From assembly GCA_964247055.1 (NCBI GenBank), contig OZ176052.1, positions 1,488,001-1,552,000 of the forward strand: a stretch of 64,000 nt of DNA, in the 5' to 3' direction. The notes beneath the pieces were generated by a model, which worked only from the letters and a program-made list of their open reading frames with translations, searched no databases and had not been told where the DNA came from. This stretch comes from Paragordius varius (lineage: Eukaryota; Animalia; Nematomorpha). Positions 15,701 through 27,816 of the stretch are shown piece after piece. The position numbers and the translations under genes are program-made. Every line of letters begins with the position of its first letter. The first letter of the stretch is position 1.

Positions 15701-18700
15701 GATGTACCCTCAATGTACAATTCATCACATGTAATGCCAATGAAGAGAAATTACATCCGTGGATACACAATGGTCAGGATCTGTGCATGATTCAAGGATA
15801 TGACGAAACAAGATTGTTCAGTCATATATTATGTGCAAACAAAATGATTTATTCTGTTTGTTAGGTGATAATGGATATTCACTATCACCCTGGCCCCTCC
15901 CCTTCAAAAATACGATGATCGATAACGAGAAAGGAAAATTCAATAAATTACATTGTTCTGAAAGATGCGCATTATCGAGCGGGTTTTCGGTCAGATGAAG
16001 ACCCGATTTCCTTACTTGGTAACGAAATGTTCGTTAAAGTCTAGAACGAATATATATCAAAACTTATATTAACATGTTCCATATTACATAATGATTATAT
16101 TAACAGATTTTGATAGTATGATTCATATTTTGATATTGAATATGTGGAGGATCGTGAAGCAAATATTAATCTAACCCAAATACTAAAGTCTGGTAAAAGG
16201 AAACGAGATTCAATTGTTTAAACATTATTTTAACGTATTTTTTGTATATTTATGAATAAAATTAAATTTAAATAAATGGGTAGATAATCGATAATTATTT
16301 TCCAAAAGTTAGACTTTCTATGTTCATTATGAATTTTTCAAACGCATTTTATGAATGAAATCGAAAACAAACAAAAAAAACAAAATGAAAATAAAAATTT
16401 TACACATACTAAAGACTTAAGTACGTACGTACATGATAGTAAATACCTATTTTTATTCAATGTTTTTTCAAAAATGGTACGGTTGTTTTTATTCAGCAGG
16501 CCCATAATAAAATATATGGTTGCTTATTTTACACTGTAGTTCGGCAATTCGCTACACAGTAGCGTATCGAAAAAAAAGATAGGAAAAGATTGTTTATTCA
16601 ACATGTTGCATTTTTCATAGACTACTGTGTTGCAAATTGCCCAATTATTGTGTGAAATAAGCAACCATTTAAATGCATACTGTATACATATAAAATAGTA
16701 TAGAGAATTATTTAAACAACGGAATAAACTATGTTTGCATAAATCACATGCGCAAAAATTTATTGCCTTCGACCGCTAGTTTTTGAAAAAAATTAAATAC
16801 CAAATCGGAGAATAATATGTTAAATAACCTTTTGTAAGATATTTATTTGAAATTGTGTTATAGTTTATTAATTAACGGTGATTATTATATATTTATATTA
16901 TAAAATGATAAAATTATGAGAAATTTAAATATGGCATACCTATAGTTATATTATAACCAATTATTTACGAAAAAACCAAGTAAAATTCTTCGGTTCCTGA
17001 AATTTAGAAAAACAACACCGTAATTAATCATATGAAAAATCAATTAAGATATGTCAATTAGAAAAATATTTTTCGGATTATTAACCAGGTATTTTTAACA
17101 ATATTAGAGTTAAAATTGTTAGATTCTTACTAATCGTTTATATTAGAACCATTGGATTGAAATCAATCATTATCAAATAAGTTACAACAAGCCGTTTATC
17201 CTATTTTAAATGTAAAAAACTGATTATGGGATCTTCGCTGGCCATTTATTAATAGTAAATTAAGAATTCATTATTTCACTCTTGCCTATTAGGTTGTTTC
17301 TAAATTTTTCCTAGCAGTCCAATGCCAAAAAAGTTTGGCGGTATGTCATTCACATAGTTATAAGGTGGGTAAAGAAAAAAAAATTATCTGAAAAATTTGC
17401 CTGTGCTTATAAATCCAAATACCCATTTAATATAATTATCTAATTACAAAGGGAAAAAAACGTTTTATAAATCAATACCATTTGCAATTCAAATTCACCC
17501 TTAAATTTAAATTCACCCTTGAATTCAAATTCACTCTCTCCATTCAAATTCACACTCTTGAATAATTTAAATTCCTCATAAAAATAAATTATATGTTCTA
17601 GGGCTAATATAACTCATCATTAATATAAAATATATTTTTAGGGCATAGTTAATTATTTTTCCAGTATTATATTAATTTAAACAAAATTTAATTTCATAAA
17701 AATATAAAAAAAATTTAGGTAATTTTTAACTATAAAGAACACATAATTTATTTTATGGTGAATTTGAATTGTTCGAGGGTGATTGAATTGTTCAAGGCAG
17801 AATTTGAACTGTAAATGGTATATATAAAAAAATAAAATACCAAATACAAATGACTGGATACTTCACATACTCTATCTTTTCACTATGGTCAGTCGTATTA
17901 AAAAATAATACTTTACAAACAAATATCACATTTTAACCATTAAAAAACTCACACTCTCATATTAATCTAAGGTTTAAAAAGAAAAAAAACGTTTTATAAA
18001 TCAAAAATATCAATAAAAAACTATACCAAATAAAAATGACTCACTTAACAATCTATATTTTTGACCATTTCTAGGAACATTAAAAATAATAAATTAAAAT
18101 TAAAAAGATATCAAATTTTAACCATTAAAAACTCACTCTCACATATTTATCTAAATTACAAAAGGGAAAAAAGGTTTATTAAACAAAATTTATTAAAATA
18201 TAAAAAGAACAATAATACCAAATAAAAATGACTTACTTAACAATCTATATTTGCGACCATTTCACGGAGTATTAAAAAATACTATTTTAGACATTTGGAA
18301 AAGTATATCACATTTTAACCATTACAAAACTCACTCTCTCATATTTATCTAAGGTTCAAAAAAAAAGTTTATTAAAAAAACCAAAAAAAAAAATAATACC
18401 AAATAAAAATGACTGGACACTTTAGTGTAGCAGCAAAATTCAAGCCAACAAAGGCATCTCCCTCACTAGCTGACCCTTCTCCGAAATAGCAAACCACAAC
18501 ATTCGGTTTTCCACAAACTTTGAATGAATAAGCACTCCCGACAGCTTTACAGGAAAAATTGAAATTATATATGGAGAATATAAAGACAAAAAAATTTTTC
18601 AAAAGACAACTATACTTTTTTCTACAAATATCGAATTACAATCGTAAAATACATAATGGATTGTGTTACCAATTTACATCTCTTTTTTAACCTGTGTAAA

Positions 18701-20547
18701 AGAATTTCGAATGTATGATATATTCAAGATTGGTGTCGTTTAGAAAACAATAATTGTCTTTACTGACGTTTTGTCAATGATTTCAATTTTACTGTATAAA
18801 CTACATTTATAAAATATTTTTATAATTTGTGATTAAGACTTATAATATTTATAGAAAAATAGAAAAATGAATAAATTTTGTTGGGGGGGGGGGGGGGGGG
18901 GGGATGCAGAGATGAAAAAATATATTACAAATATAAATTTTTTATTTTTTTATGGTGTAAATTAAATTCATTTTTATATAATGAATGGAACTAATTATAA
19001 ATTAATAACTATGATTTAATATGAATTAACATCTTTTAAAAATTATAGAGCTTAAATTTACACAATATTTGATCACATAGCATATCAAATTCAAATTTGC
19101 ATAAAATTAATGAAATAAATTTTTGACGAAAAAAGGTCTAAGAATAAAAAAATGAATTGTAATATTCATTTTTGATCTAGCGTATATCTAAAACTTTAAC
19201 TTATAGTATAAAGAAAAAATCAAAATCAAAATCAACACTTATAATTACTGAAAGCAAAACATAAAACGACCTTGAGGTATTTGCGTAGCAACTGGCGAAG
19301 AAATAGTAACAAAATTAAGCGCCCTAGACCCATAATGAACTGGCATCTGTTTACCCCGACCCAAATCAAGATGGTTGGAATAACATTGATTCATGAATTG
19401 ATCAAGGGTAAAACCACGCCATAATAAAACTCCTAGAAATAAATAAGTTTTAATCCATGATTCGACATATTATGCAATAACTTTAAAATTTAGGCGCTTA
19501 AATAGTTATTTTTTGGTAAAAATATGTTTTACAAAAATAAGTTTAAAATATTATGCGATATGGAATAACTTATATATTTAGGCGCTTCAATAGTTAATTT
19601 TTTTGGAGAATATGTGTTTAAAATTCATGGATAAATTAATAAGTTTAAAATATGATTATGTAACTTTAAAATTTAGGCGCTTAAATAGTTAATTTTTTGT
19701 CAAATTCTATTTCAAATACATGGATAAATCAATAATAAATGTAAAATATGATTGTCCATATGGAATAACTTTTAAATTTAGGGGCGTCAATGGTTATTTT
19801 TTGGTAAATTACTTTTTATAAATATAAAGTTTCTTTAGACGCATTGTATATAAAAAATTTTGTGAGAATCAAATTTGGTTGCAAATATTAAGTATCCTGT
19901 TTATTAATATACAACCATCAGCCTTCCAAATGGAGGTATATGAGAACTTTAAAAAAATGGAGGTTATATTTTAATAGGCTACCTCTCTTATATACAATAT
20001 TTACTAATTTAAACGTTTTTGCATGCTACATATTGTGCATCATATAGGTAAAATATTTTGGTTTAGCCCATAAATTTGACAAATTAATATATAATTTAAA
20101 GCTACCCAATATAAACAGTTATTGGGAATCTGATGGATAAGTTAAACCGGTTATAAAATAAAAGCAGTCAGTCTGAAAACGTGTTACTTACTTAATGTGC
20201 TATACCTATAAAAATTGGTATAACTTAAATTTTTATATCAGGACTTCGAATCGGAACTACATGATACCGGAATCCGATTTCTGAGATTTGAGCAGGCACC
20301 GGTTTGGTTGGGACTAACCATTCCGGTTTCACTTGATAATGAACCAACCCGGTTCATTATTAAATTCTTTGGAACAAGGCCGGTTCCGGTTACAGTTTTT
20401 AGAACCGGTCGAATCAATGATTTATATTGACATTTATTAAATAATTAAGCTGGAATGCATATAAATAAAATTAATTTTTAAATAAATTACATGGGTATAT
20501 AATGTGTAATTCTCTTAATTATGAATATTATTAGTTATTTAGGCTCC

Positions 20548-20580
<33 letters not shown>

Positions 20581-21323
20581 TGTACTACAAAATGATTGGT
20601 TATGATGATAAATAATTACATCGGTAAGCAATCAAACCGGTTGCAATTTTTTAGCTCAAAAATAGGACTTTCCTCTCACTTGATACACAATAAAAATTTC
20701 AAGGACATTAGGGTCCTAATCTTTATCTTTTTATAAAAACAGCGCCTATAAACCAATTAGTATTGCTATTATCGTGCATTTCGATTTTTAATATTCCTAT
20801 AAAATTTGATTATAGCGCAATCAAAATTAAAATTTAAATATAATCATTTAAAAAGTTTTGCACCATTTTTAGAATATCAATGGAATAAGTAAAAATTATT
20901 ACGAAACTAACTATATATTCAAAACATTAATTAATAAAACGAACCAGTTTCCCGATATTGGGCATAAATTAAATCATCTTGGTCAAAAGCAGCTGCGGAT
21001 CCAATTTGACAAGCCTCTTCCCCATAACTAGTCATGTAAAAAGAAATTCTTCCTTGACGTTGACTTTCATATAAAATTTTGTCCATAACATTCAATTTCA
21101 ACATGCAATCATACATTTTGAGCAAATTTTCCGAATCTATCTAAGCATAATCATATAACTATACTTTGCCTTTATATTCTGGTGGTAATGTGCCTGATGG
21201 AGATAAAACTCTGAAAAACGGTTTTAACTTTGTGGATGGATGTAACAACTCTAATGTGTTTGTTTCTTCCATGGCATATTTGTAAAAGGCCCTAGTCTGG
21301 TGCCGCATATGTTGAAACCACAT
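12782..21323 (-). CDS. BCKDHA: Branched-chain alpha-keto acid dehydrogenase E1 alpha subunit, 7 exons, ~403 aa (start uncertain)
   Basis: Exons 21323-21165, 21140-20945, 19432-19271, 18544-18400, 14162-13959, 13801-13630, 12955-12782 are phase-consistent. Motifs [47 protein letters not shown] (ThDP binding), [22 protein letters not shown] (phosphorylation loop). Confidence 0.96.
13282..13582. mobile_element. hAT-type MITE (CAGGGGTGT termini) in the last BCKDHA intron; related partial copies at ~40185-40225 and ~59529-59790
   Basis: CAGGGGTGTTCAACAC...GCGGCCC at the left and GCGGCCCGCGAAGCCATTTGTGTTGGATACCCCTA at the right. No intact 8-bp TSD. Confidence 0.7.
14313..16503. mobile_element. PIF/Harbinger element with internal inverted duplication, inside a BCKDHA intron
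   Basis: Termini GGGGCCAATTGAATAAAA / TTTTATTCAGCAGGCCC. Arms ~14497-15176 and ~15538-16184 are reverse complements of each other. Confidence 0.85.
15190..16190 (+). pseudogene. PIF/Harbinger (DDE_Tnp_4/HARBI1-like) transposase pseudogene; inverted partial copy at 14497-15176 (-)
   Basis: Fragments [30 protein letters not shown](E/D)[39 protein letters not shown], with multiple stops and frameshifts. Confidence 0.88.
16515..16682. mobile_element. MITE family B (left end eroded)
   Basis: 'tggttgcttattt.acact.tagt ... gtgtgaaataagcaaccatttaaatgcatactg|ta'; same family as 33416-33827 and 37812-37989. Confidence 0.75.
17430..18420 (-). repeat. ~190-bp tandem array that duplicates the BCKDHA exon-4 3' end and splice donor; interrupted by a MITE-A copy
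   Basis: 'ataccaaata(a/c)aaatgact' (GTCATTT.TATTTG|GTAT on minus) at ~17838, 18023, 18216 and the real junction at ~18397. The intervening 'ttttaaccatta.aaaactcac.ctc.catatt.atctaa' is also repeated. Confidence 0.85.
17478..17818. mobile_element. MITE family A, copy 3
   Basis: aata|ccatttgcaattcaaattcaccc ... gaatttgaactgtaaatgg|tata. Confidence 0.9.
18883..18903 (+). repeat. G21 homopolymer in a BCKDHA intron
   Basis: Run of 21 G in otherwise very AT-rich DNA. Confidence 0.8.
19475..19805. repeat. Tandem array of ~90-100 bp units (4 copies) in a BCKDHA intron
   Basis: 'aacttt..aatttaggcgctt.aatagtta.ttttt' at ~19478, 19570, 19661 and 19767. Confidence 0.8.
20238..20420. mobile_element. 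Probable hAT-like MITE with subterminal CCGG(T/A) repeats
   Basis: Dense cluster of 'accgg/ccggtt' motifs between weakly inverted ends 'caggacttcgaatcggaac' and 'gaaccggtcgaatcaatg'. Confidence 0.45.
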
Positions 21324-22900
21324 GGCGTTGCAAAATTGTGTAACATATGTGCTATTTATAAAGCAGTATTTCTTATATATTTTTGGTGTGCTATGAAAGC
21401 TTTAAAATATATGAACACTGAATATGATTATTTTAATATGCTTTAGCCAAATGATTCCAATAATATTAAAAAAGTTTTTAATAATTTAATTTTAACAAAA
21501 ATTCGAATGCATTAGCTTGAATTTAATTATTTCTGCTAGTCGTTGAAACTGAGGTATATATTATTATAATATAACACCATAAAGCATTGTAAAAATATAT
21601 TGGCGCAAAAAGTTTTATACGGTTACATGGCTTATCAAAATATTTCAGCTTTTTATAAATAAAATCGCAACACTTTTTATATACCAATTGTGTTGCGTTT
21701 ATTTCTTATTATTCTCTATATAAAATCCTAAATACGAAGCGCCCACTAAGCCGCGGTAGCCTATAAATGTTCATCATCTATATCATTCTAACTCAACATT
21801 TATTCTTTTTAGTTCAACATTATTTAATCTTAACATTTTTTTGAATTCAATCTTTCCTACCAAAGTCACCAACTTCCCAAAGTTGAGTTTGGCAGAATTT
21901 GTTTGAAAAATGTTCAGGAAAGTGGATTGGGTTAAGAAATGTGCTCAAAAATTGAGTTAAATGATAAAGGGGATCATTAAATATATGAAATAAATATTAT
22001 AATATGAGTTTTCAAAGAAAAACACTTTTATCGCTTTGTTACTACCAAAAAGTAATCCTTATAAACATTTAGGAATAAGATATTACTGATTTTTGAAAAC
22101 TTTTTTTGAATTGTTATTAAAAAATATTATGTGCATTGTGATAATAGATAAAATGGTAGGTTGTTTTTTACTGCAAATAATAGGACGCCTAAAATCATCA
22201 AAGGGTCCAGTCGAACAAAACCGACACACGACCAACTTGTAACAAAGCAGCATATCAACTGTGTATAAAGCAGGCAACCTTTTAATAATTTTGAGGACCA
22301 CCTTTTTAACTCAAAAAACGTTATAGAATTTTGTATTTATTTGGTTTTTTCCATTGTGGATCGCACAAAATATCTCGATAACCGCTAGTAACTAACTTTC
22401 ATGTGAACATGCCGTACCCTCAAATTTGTTATCAGTAATTGAAGTAACAACCTAAATTAGGCTTTCGCATCTACTTATATATTAATTTTAATATGGATAA
22501 ACCATATTATTTATTAATAGCGCAATCGAAACTTCAAAATAATATTAGTAAAAGACAAAAGGGTTTTATTTTTTCACACTTTTAGATGAACTAAATCTTT
22601 TTAATGTTAAGGCATTGGATTTTTATAGGTTTTCTAATTCATTTATGCGTTTGATTTTAAACAGGCCTCGTTCAGTCTCTATCGAGTATATATACATTGG
22701 ATTAATATTATTATTAAAATCCCCATATATTTGTTTATAAATATAATTTAAATATTACGCAAAAATATATTTAAAAGTAAAATAAATTTTCCGTTCTGAA
22801 AAATAATATTTTGCAAGACAATTAATATATAAGACACTTGAATTATTTTCAATTATTAAAAAAATATTTTTGAAACATTTATTTAAAAATCATATGCACA

Positions 22901-23458
22901 TCTATATATTTATAAAAATGGAAAATGCTGGCTTTGTGATCTGTTTCCGGAAAAAGGGTAAACCCATTCAAATCCAAATATCGAAAAAAAATAATCATTA
23001 ATAGATGCCACGACTATAGCTTCGCCTTTTTTTGAATTAGGCACCAGTTCGGGCCCACTCCAACGGTTTTTTTGAAAACAAAAGTCCACAAAAATCGTGT
23101 CTTTGAGACAATTTTCCCGAAAACGTGTTGGACCATTCAATTTCAAATATGATTTTTGTTTACTTATTTTCGATTGCGCCGAACATAGTCAGCGCGCTTT
23201 TTAAACTCCTTTTACCCGCTCTCCTCAAAAAACAAAGTCCGCAAAAATAATTTTTTAATTCTATTTTTCGCCCAAGTAAAAAATATATTAGTATGAATGC
23301 ACCCTTTTAAAGTTATGAGATCATAGTTATTAAATAATGTTTGGAAATAATCCACATATGTGGATCATTTTATTGTCCCTTTTTTCAAATAGCACCCCCC
23401 CCCCCCAGAAGTCCGAAGGACTTCCTCGGGCTGCGTAGCAGCACGAGATTTACGCTAG
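22901..23458 (+). mobile_element. Non-autonomous Helitron
   Basis: Inserted between A and T: A|TCTATATATTTATAAAAATG ... two GC-rich hairpins (GAAGTCC-gaa-GGACTTC at 23408-23424; CTCG.GCTGC-gta-GCAGC.CGAG at 23425-23447) ... CTAG|T. No TSD. Confidence 0.85.
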
Positions 23459-23716
23459 TATTTATATAAATATGAAGCCAAAGCTTTAGTAATTTTATGT
23501 TGTTTTTCAATCCTTTGGCGTAATATGCCAAAATATATTAATTTTAATTATCTGTTGGCTGATAACGATCAATATATTATATAGAAAAAGATCTTATAAA
23601 TTTATCTTTGTAATGGAATATCATAATTAGAATCTTTCATAACTTTTCAATGGTGTAGAATATAAATATAATTAATTTTTAAATATTTTCGAGATAATTG
23701 TAAAAATTAAAGCCTT

Positions 23717-26335
23717 TTAAGAATCTCTACAATGACAGAATGGCTCTATCCTAATGTTACCATGGAAACAATCGGTATGTCCGGCATAACTATCAATGCG
23801 TATCACATTCAAAATTTGACATGTCATGAGATCAATCACACTTTCAAATATGCCACCAAATGGTGCAGTTTCAAACATTATAAAAAATATAAATTGATCA
23901 TATCTTTTGGTTATAGAGTGCGTTAGGTTTTTGTTAAAGTTAACTTTTTCTTCAATCCCATTTATATTGATATTGGTATCATTATTTTGGATTTTCCTTT
24001 TAATGTTAATTAATTGTTTACGGTTTTGGCTTTTAAGGTTTGTCCTAACCATAATTTCCAGGGGCCGTTTAAACTGTAATTCTTCGAACCAACAAACATT
24101 TCTATACTCCGATATAATTCTTCGAATGTGCTCTAATGTCAAATATGCAACTTGTTGACTTATGTAACTCAAATTATTTTTAGAAAAGAATTCATTGCGG
24201 GCATGCATAATGTTATGTGTGGTGATATTATTTTTGTTTTCAGTAGTAATAGAATAGACACGTATCCAATTTGTAATGCAATAAAATAAAGGGATACCTA
24301 TCGATTCACACGGTCTATTGGTTGGAATGTGCTTAAACAGACTGATACTTTTATGATTTATGGCGTAGCTTTTGGTTAAGTAAGGGATTGAATTAAGATT
24401 TTTGTGAGAAAAGGTGAGATCATTAGACGGAATAACAGTAGAAGAAAGTTTTAGGATATCAATTAGCGTTGCATGTAAATCTAAAGCTGTGACCATGGCA
24501 TTTGTGTTACTTTTCATGGTGGATGTCTGCATTGGGTACATATCAGCGAACGATGCTGGAAGTGAAATAACCAAAAATGGATTTCTATCTTCAACCATAC
24601 CTATCCATAAAAAATATCTTAATCCAAACATTTCATTGGTTTTATATGACATTGCTTTATTAACTATGGGTCGCTTGCCTAGTAATATTAACATAGAGAA
24701 TACCTAGTTAATATATACCAGGTGTTAAAACATAAATATTATTCATTTGAAATCACTAGTTTTAGCATTTATTTGGTTTTATTTCCCTGTCCCATTAAGA
24801 TCATTTAATTGATAAAAAAATGTTTAAGAATGACCTAATCAAAAGTCTTTTAAATCTTTTAAGCTTTGACAGTTTTTTCACGATACATAAAAAATATTTC
24901 CAATACCTTGATAAAGTTTACGGTAATCACCAAAGCGTAATCCATGATCACTAAAAAGTATTACAATGGTGTTTGACATTAATTCCCTCATTTCGGTAAA
25001 TAGTGTGGTAAGATGTGGTAAAAGTAAATTTTCAACTCGGTTTATACCGTCCCTACTGTCATGCGTGTAAGTTGTCGTAAAAAATAGGTTAAAGAATGGA
25101 ACAATGTTAGAGCCTTTACCATTTACCATGTTATATTCAGAGATTTTGCGCATAAATTCTTCCGAATATTTGAGAAGAAATGGGGTATCCAAATCCCAAG
25201 ATACACCATTAAACTTATTAACATACTGTATGTATTTCCCCAACAATCGACCATAAAATTGTGTGGGAGAATATCTAAACCCTATTTTGGCATAATTAAA
25301 AGCAGCCATTTGCGAACTGTCCTCTATGAAAGCCGTTAGATAATCAGCTTGTTCAAAATGTTTCCAAACAAAATCTAAATGTAAATCATAATATTCATTC
25401 TTTTCTGGCATCGTTTCTTCTATGGCCTTATGGGCGAGGAGGGCGCATAAATTTGGAAACGTATTTTCCCCCACCTTACTAAAATTGCTGAAAATAAATG
25501 TAGTATCGGGCCTTTGTCTGCCTAAATAGTCAATGGTCCGATTTAGGCCTGTGGTAGAAAGGGCATGTGAGACAGAATCTACCCCTATCATAAGGATATT
25601 ATATTTTATTTGTTTTTCGTTATTCCTGTTTTTATTGCTTTTCATATGGTGATTTGCTATGTAATTTTGAATGGATTCTTTCATCAACCAACTAATATTG
25701 TAATACACTGACGATCCATTATACTGGCACTTGCATGTTATAAAAATGTCCCATGATTGAAAGTGATCACTGCAATACGTAACAGGTCTAAATTTTAGGG
25801 AAAAATTAGTTAGATTTTTAATTTCTAATAGATTAATGGTTACAATTTCTTTTTCTGTTACATAGTGATCACTATACTTGGCTTCCCCATTTCTTAAAAG
25901 TTGAAAAAATTGACAATCCAAAGATTGGTCGGTAATATTAATAGATTTTTTAATGTATATATTCCTTAGGTGCTCTAGCCCAGGAAATAAGTCAATTGTA
26001 ATAAATGTTATTTCATTTTTTAAACATGATATATTTCGATTATTTCGATTTTCAGAAGGCTTATAGAATATAAAGTTGTGAGGAAATTTTGTTCCCGAAT
26101 TTAAGGTAAAATTAGTGGTTGAATAATTACAGGCGGAAGGTTTTAAATAAATGTCATTATGCTCATTTGCAAAATATTGTATATGGTATTGGATAAAATA
26201 TCGAGATTTTTGGGTAAGAGTGTTGAAATTTAAACTGTATCGTAAGTAAGGCAGTAAATATGTGATTAGAATAATGTATATTATTGTAATTAAAATGTAT
26301 CGATATATCCAACATTCACTCCTTGTTTGAAGCAT
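23717..26335 (-). CDS. DUF229-family protein (alkaline phosphatase/sulfatase-like fold) with an N-terminal membrane anchor, 2 exons
   Basis: Exon 26335-24907 joins 24600-23717 to give ...YQG|MVEDRNPFLVISLP. Family motifs YNILMIGVDSVS, FSKVGENTFPNL, VWKHF...YLTAFIED, TYTHD, NTIVILFSDHGLRFG. Hydrophobic N-terminus YILITIIYIILITYLLPYL. Confidence 0.88.
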
Positions 26336-26514
26336 TGGTTTATATATAAATTTTTATAGCCCTTTTTACATTTAGGGGCAAAATAAGTTAAAAAATATTC
26401 TGATACCTTTTACATAATATTAAAACATGTAAAATGTATAAAAATTTAATCCATATTTTAACATGGAGTGAAGACATATGCCTGTAAATTTGCAACATAA
26501 AATTATTATATATC

Positions 26515-26520
26515 CATATA

Positions 26521-26553
<33 letters not shown>
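26515..26553. repeat. (TA)n microsatellite (representative; others at ~3707-3741, 20563-20581, 34910-34938, 35487-35518, 44133-44167)
   Basis: Direct dinucleotide runs. Confidence 0.9.
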
Positions 26554-26557
<4 letters not shown>

Positions 26558-27816
26558 TTTTAATAATATTAAATTAATTATAATCTTGTAATAAATATTA
26601 ATCCTTGAATGTTTTATCATATATATATTTAAAATTTAAAAATAAATGTAACCAGTAATCTTTTATAATATATATTATATATATATATATATATAACTTA
26701 AATGATTGTAATATTTAAATTTAATGAAATATAATTAATTATTCTAAATTTAGCGTAATGGTCGATAATTAAAATCTAATGCTGGATTGCTTTCTTAAAT
26801 AACCAGAAAGAAATGCCTATAAGAGCTACTCTGTATAAATGACGCCATGCTAAATAAAATTTGTTGAACAAGGCTTTAAAATGTAATTCAATCAAATTTA
26901 CCGGTAAAATAATTTTTTTAGCATTTAAAATCAATAAAATTAGTTTATTGTGAGCAATGCTAACTGCACGGTATGAGATTCAAAAAACGCCAAACTTTCC
27001 AATAAACTTATAGGTTTAAACCCGTCTGATACAAAAATTTCATAACCAAATAACAATCAGACGGGGAAAACATAGGGTTAAATGTATTACCTATCGGGAT
27101 GATATTAAAAATTTAAATCGCAAAAAGATAAAAATATAGTTAAATATAAATGCAAAAAAGACAGCTTTTTCAATAGTCTGTATTCAAAGCAACCAATGAA
27201 AGTTTATATTTTTGTTATAAATAACTTAGATAAAAAGTTTAATTCAATTTTTCTTTTCGTTTCTTTCATCTCAATTTTGACGAAATCATGAAGCGTTATC
27301 AACAACACACCAAGACATATAAAAAGTTTGAAATTTAAGGATTCCAAAAATTTAACGGCCCGAAAAAGGTTTTGTCTCAAGGGCAATATACCGATATTGC
27401 ATGCTATACTTATAAACTAAAGCAGTATAGCAAGAATTTTTACGGATTTAACCCAAAATTTTAATAACATCGTTTAAAAAATTTCACTATTAATCATTTT
27501 GACAAATCCGGTTATCATAACAGGCCATAACACGATGTTTTTTAACATTTTTTTACCGCCTCAATGTATGTTGAGACAAAAGAGTAAAGATAACTTAAGC
27601 AAATTTTATATTTATTAAGTTTCAACGAAAAGAGCCGGAAATTCTTAGATAAAAAATTCTATATTTAGGTACCATATCAAACGGAATTATCGAATACCGA
27701 AAAATAAATAAATATAGAAATCATTTAAATTTTGGAAATATAATTTTTCTGAGCCATCAAAAAAATTAAATTTAATAATTCAGGGCCATAGAAAATCCCT
27801 TTTGAGGCCGCGGTTA

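Noticed and set aside
20238-20262. 'TTCGAATC' resembling a tRNA T-loop
   Set aside because: No cloverleaf stems; part of a CCGG-rich MITE end.
23732-24707. ORFs at 23732 (-), 23907 (+) and 24414 (+) overlapping DUF229 exon 2
   Set aside because: Alternative-frame or antisense shadows of a real exon.
27204-27386. 60-aa ORF with a hydrophobic segment (BAP31-like impression)
   Set aside because: Non-ATG start, no linkable exons, and the similarity is only compositional.
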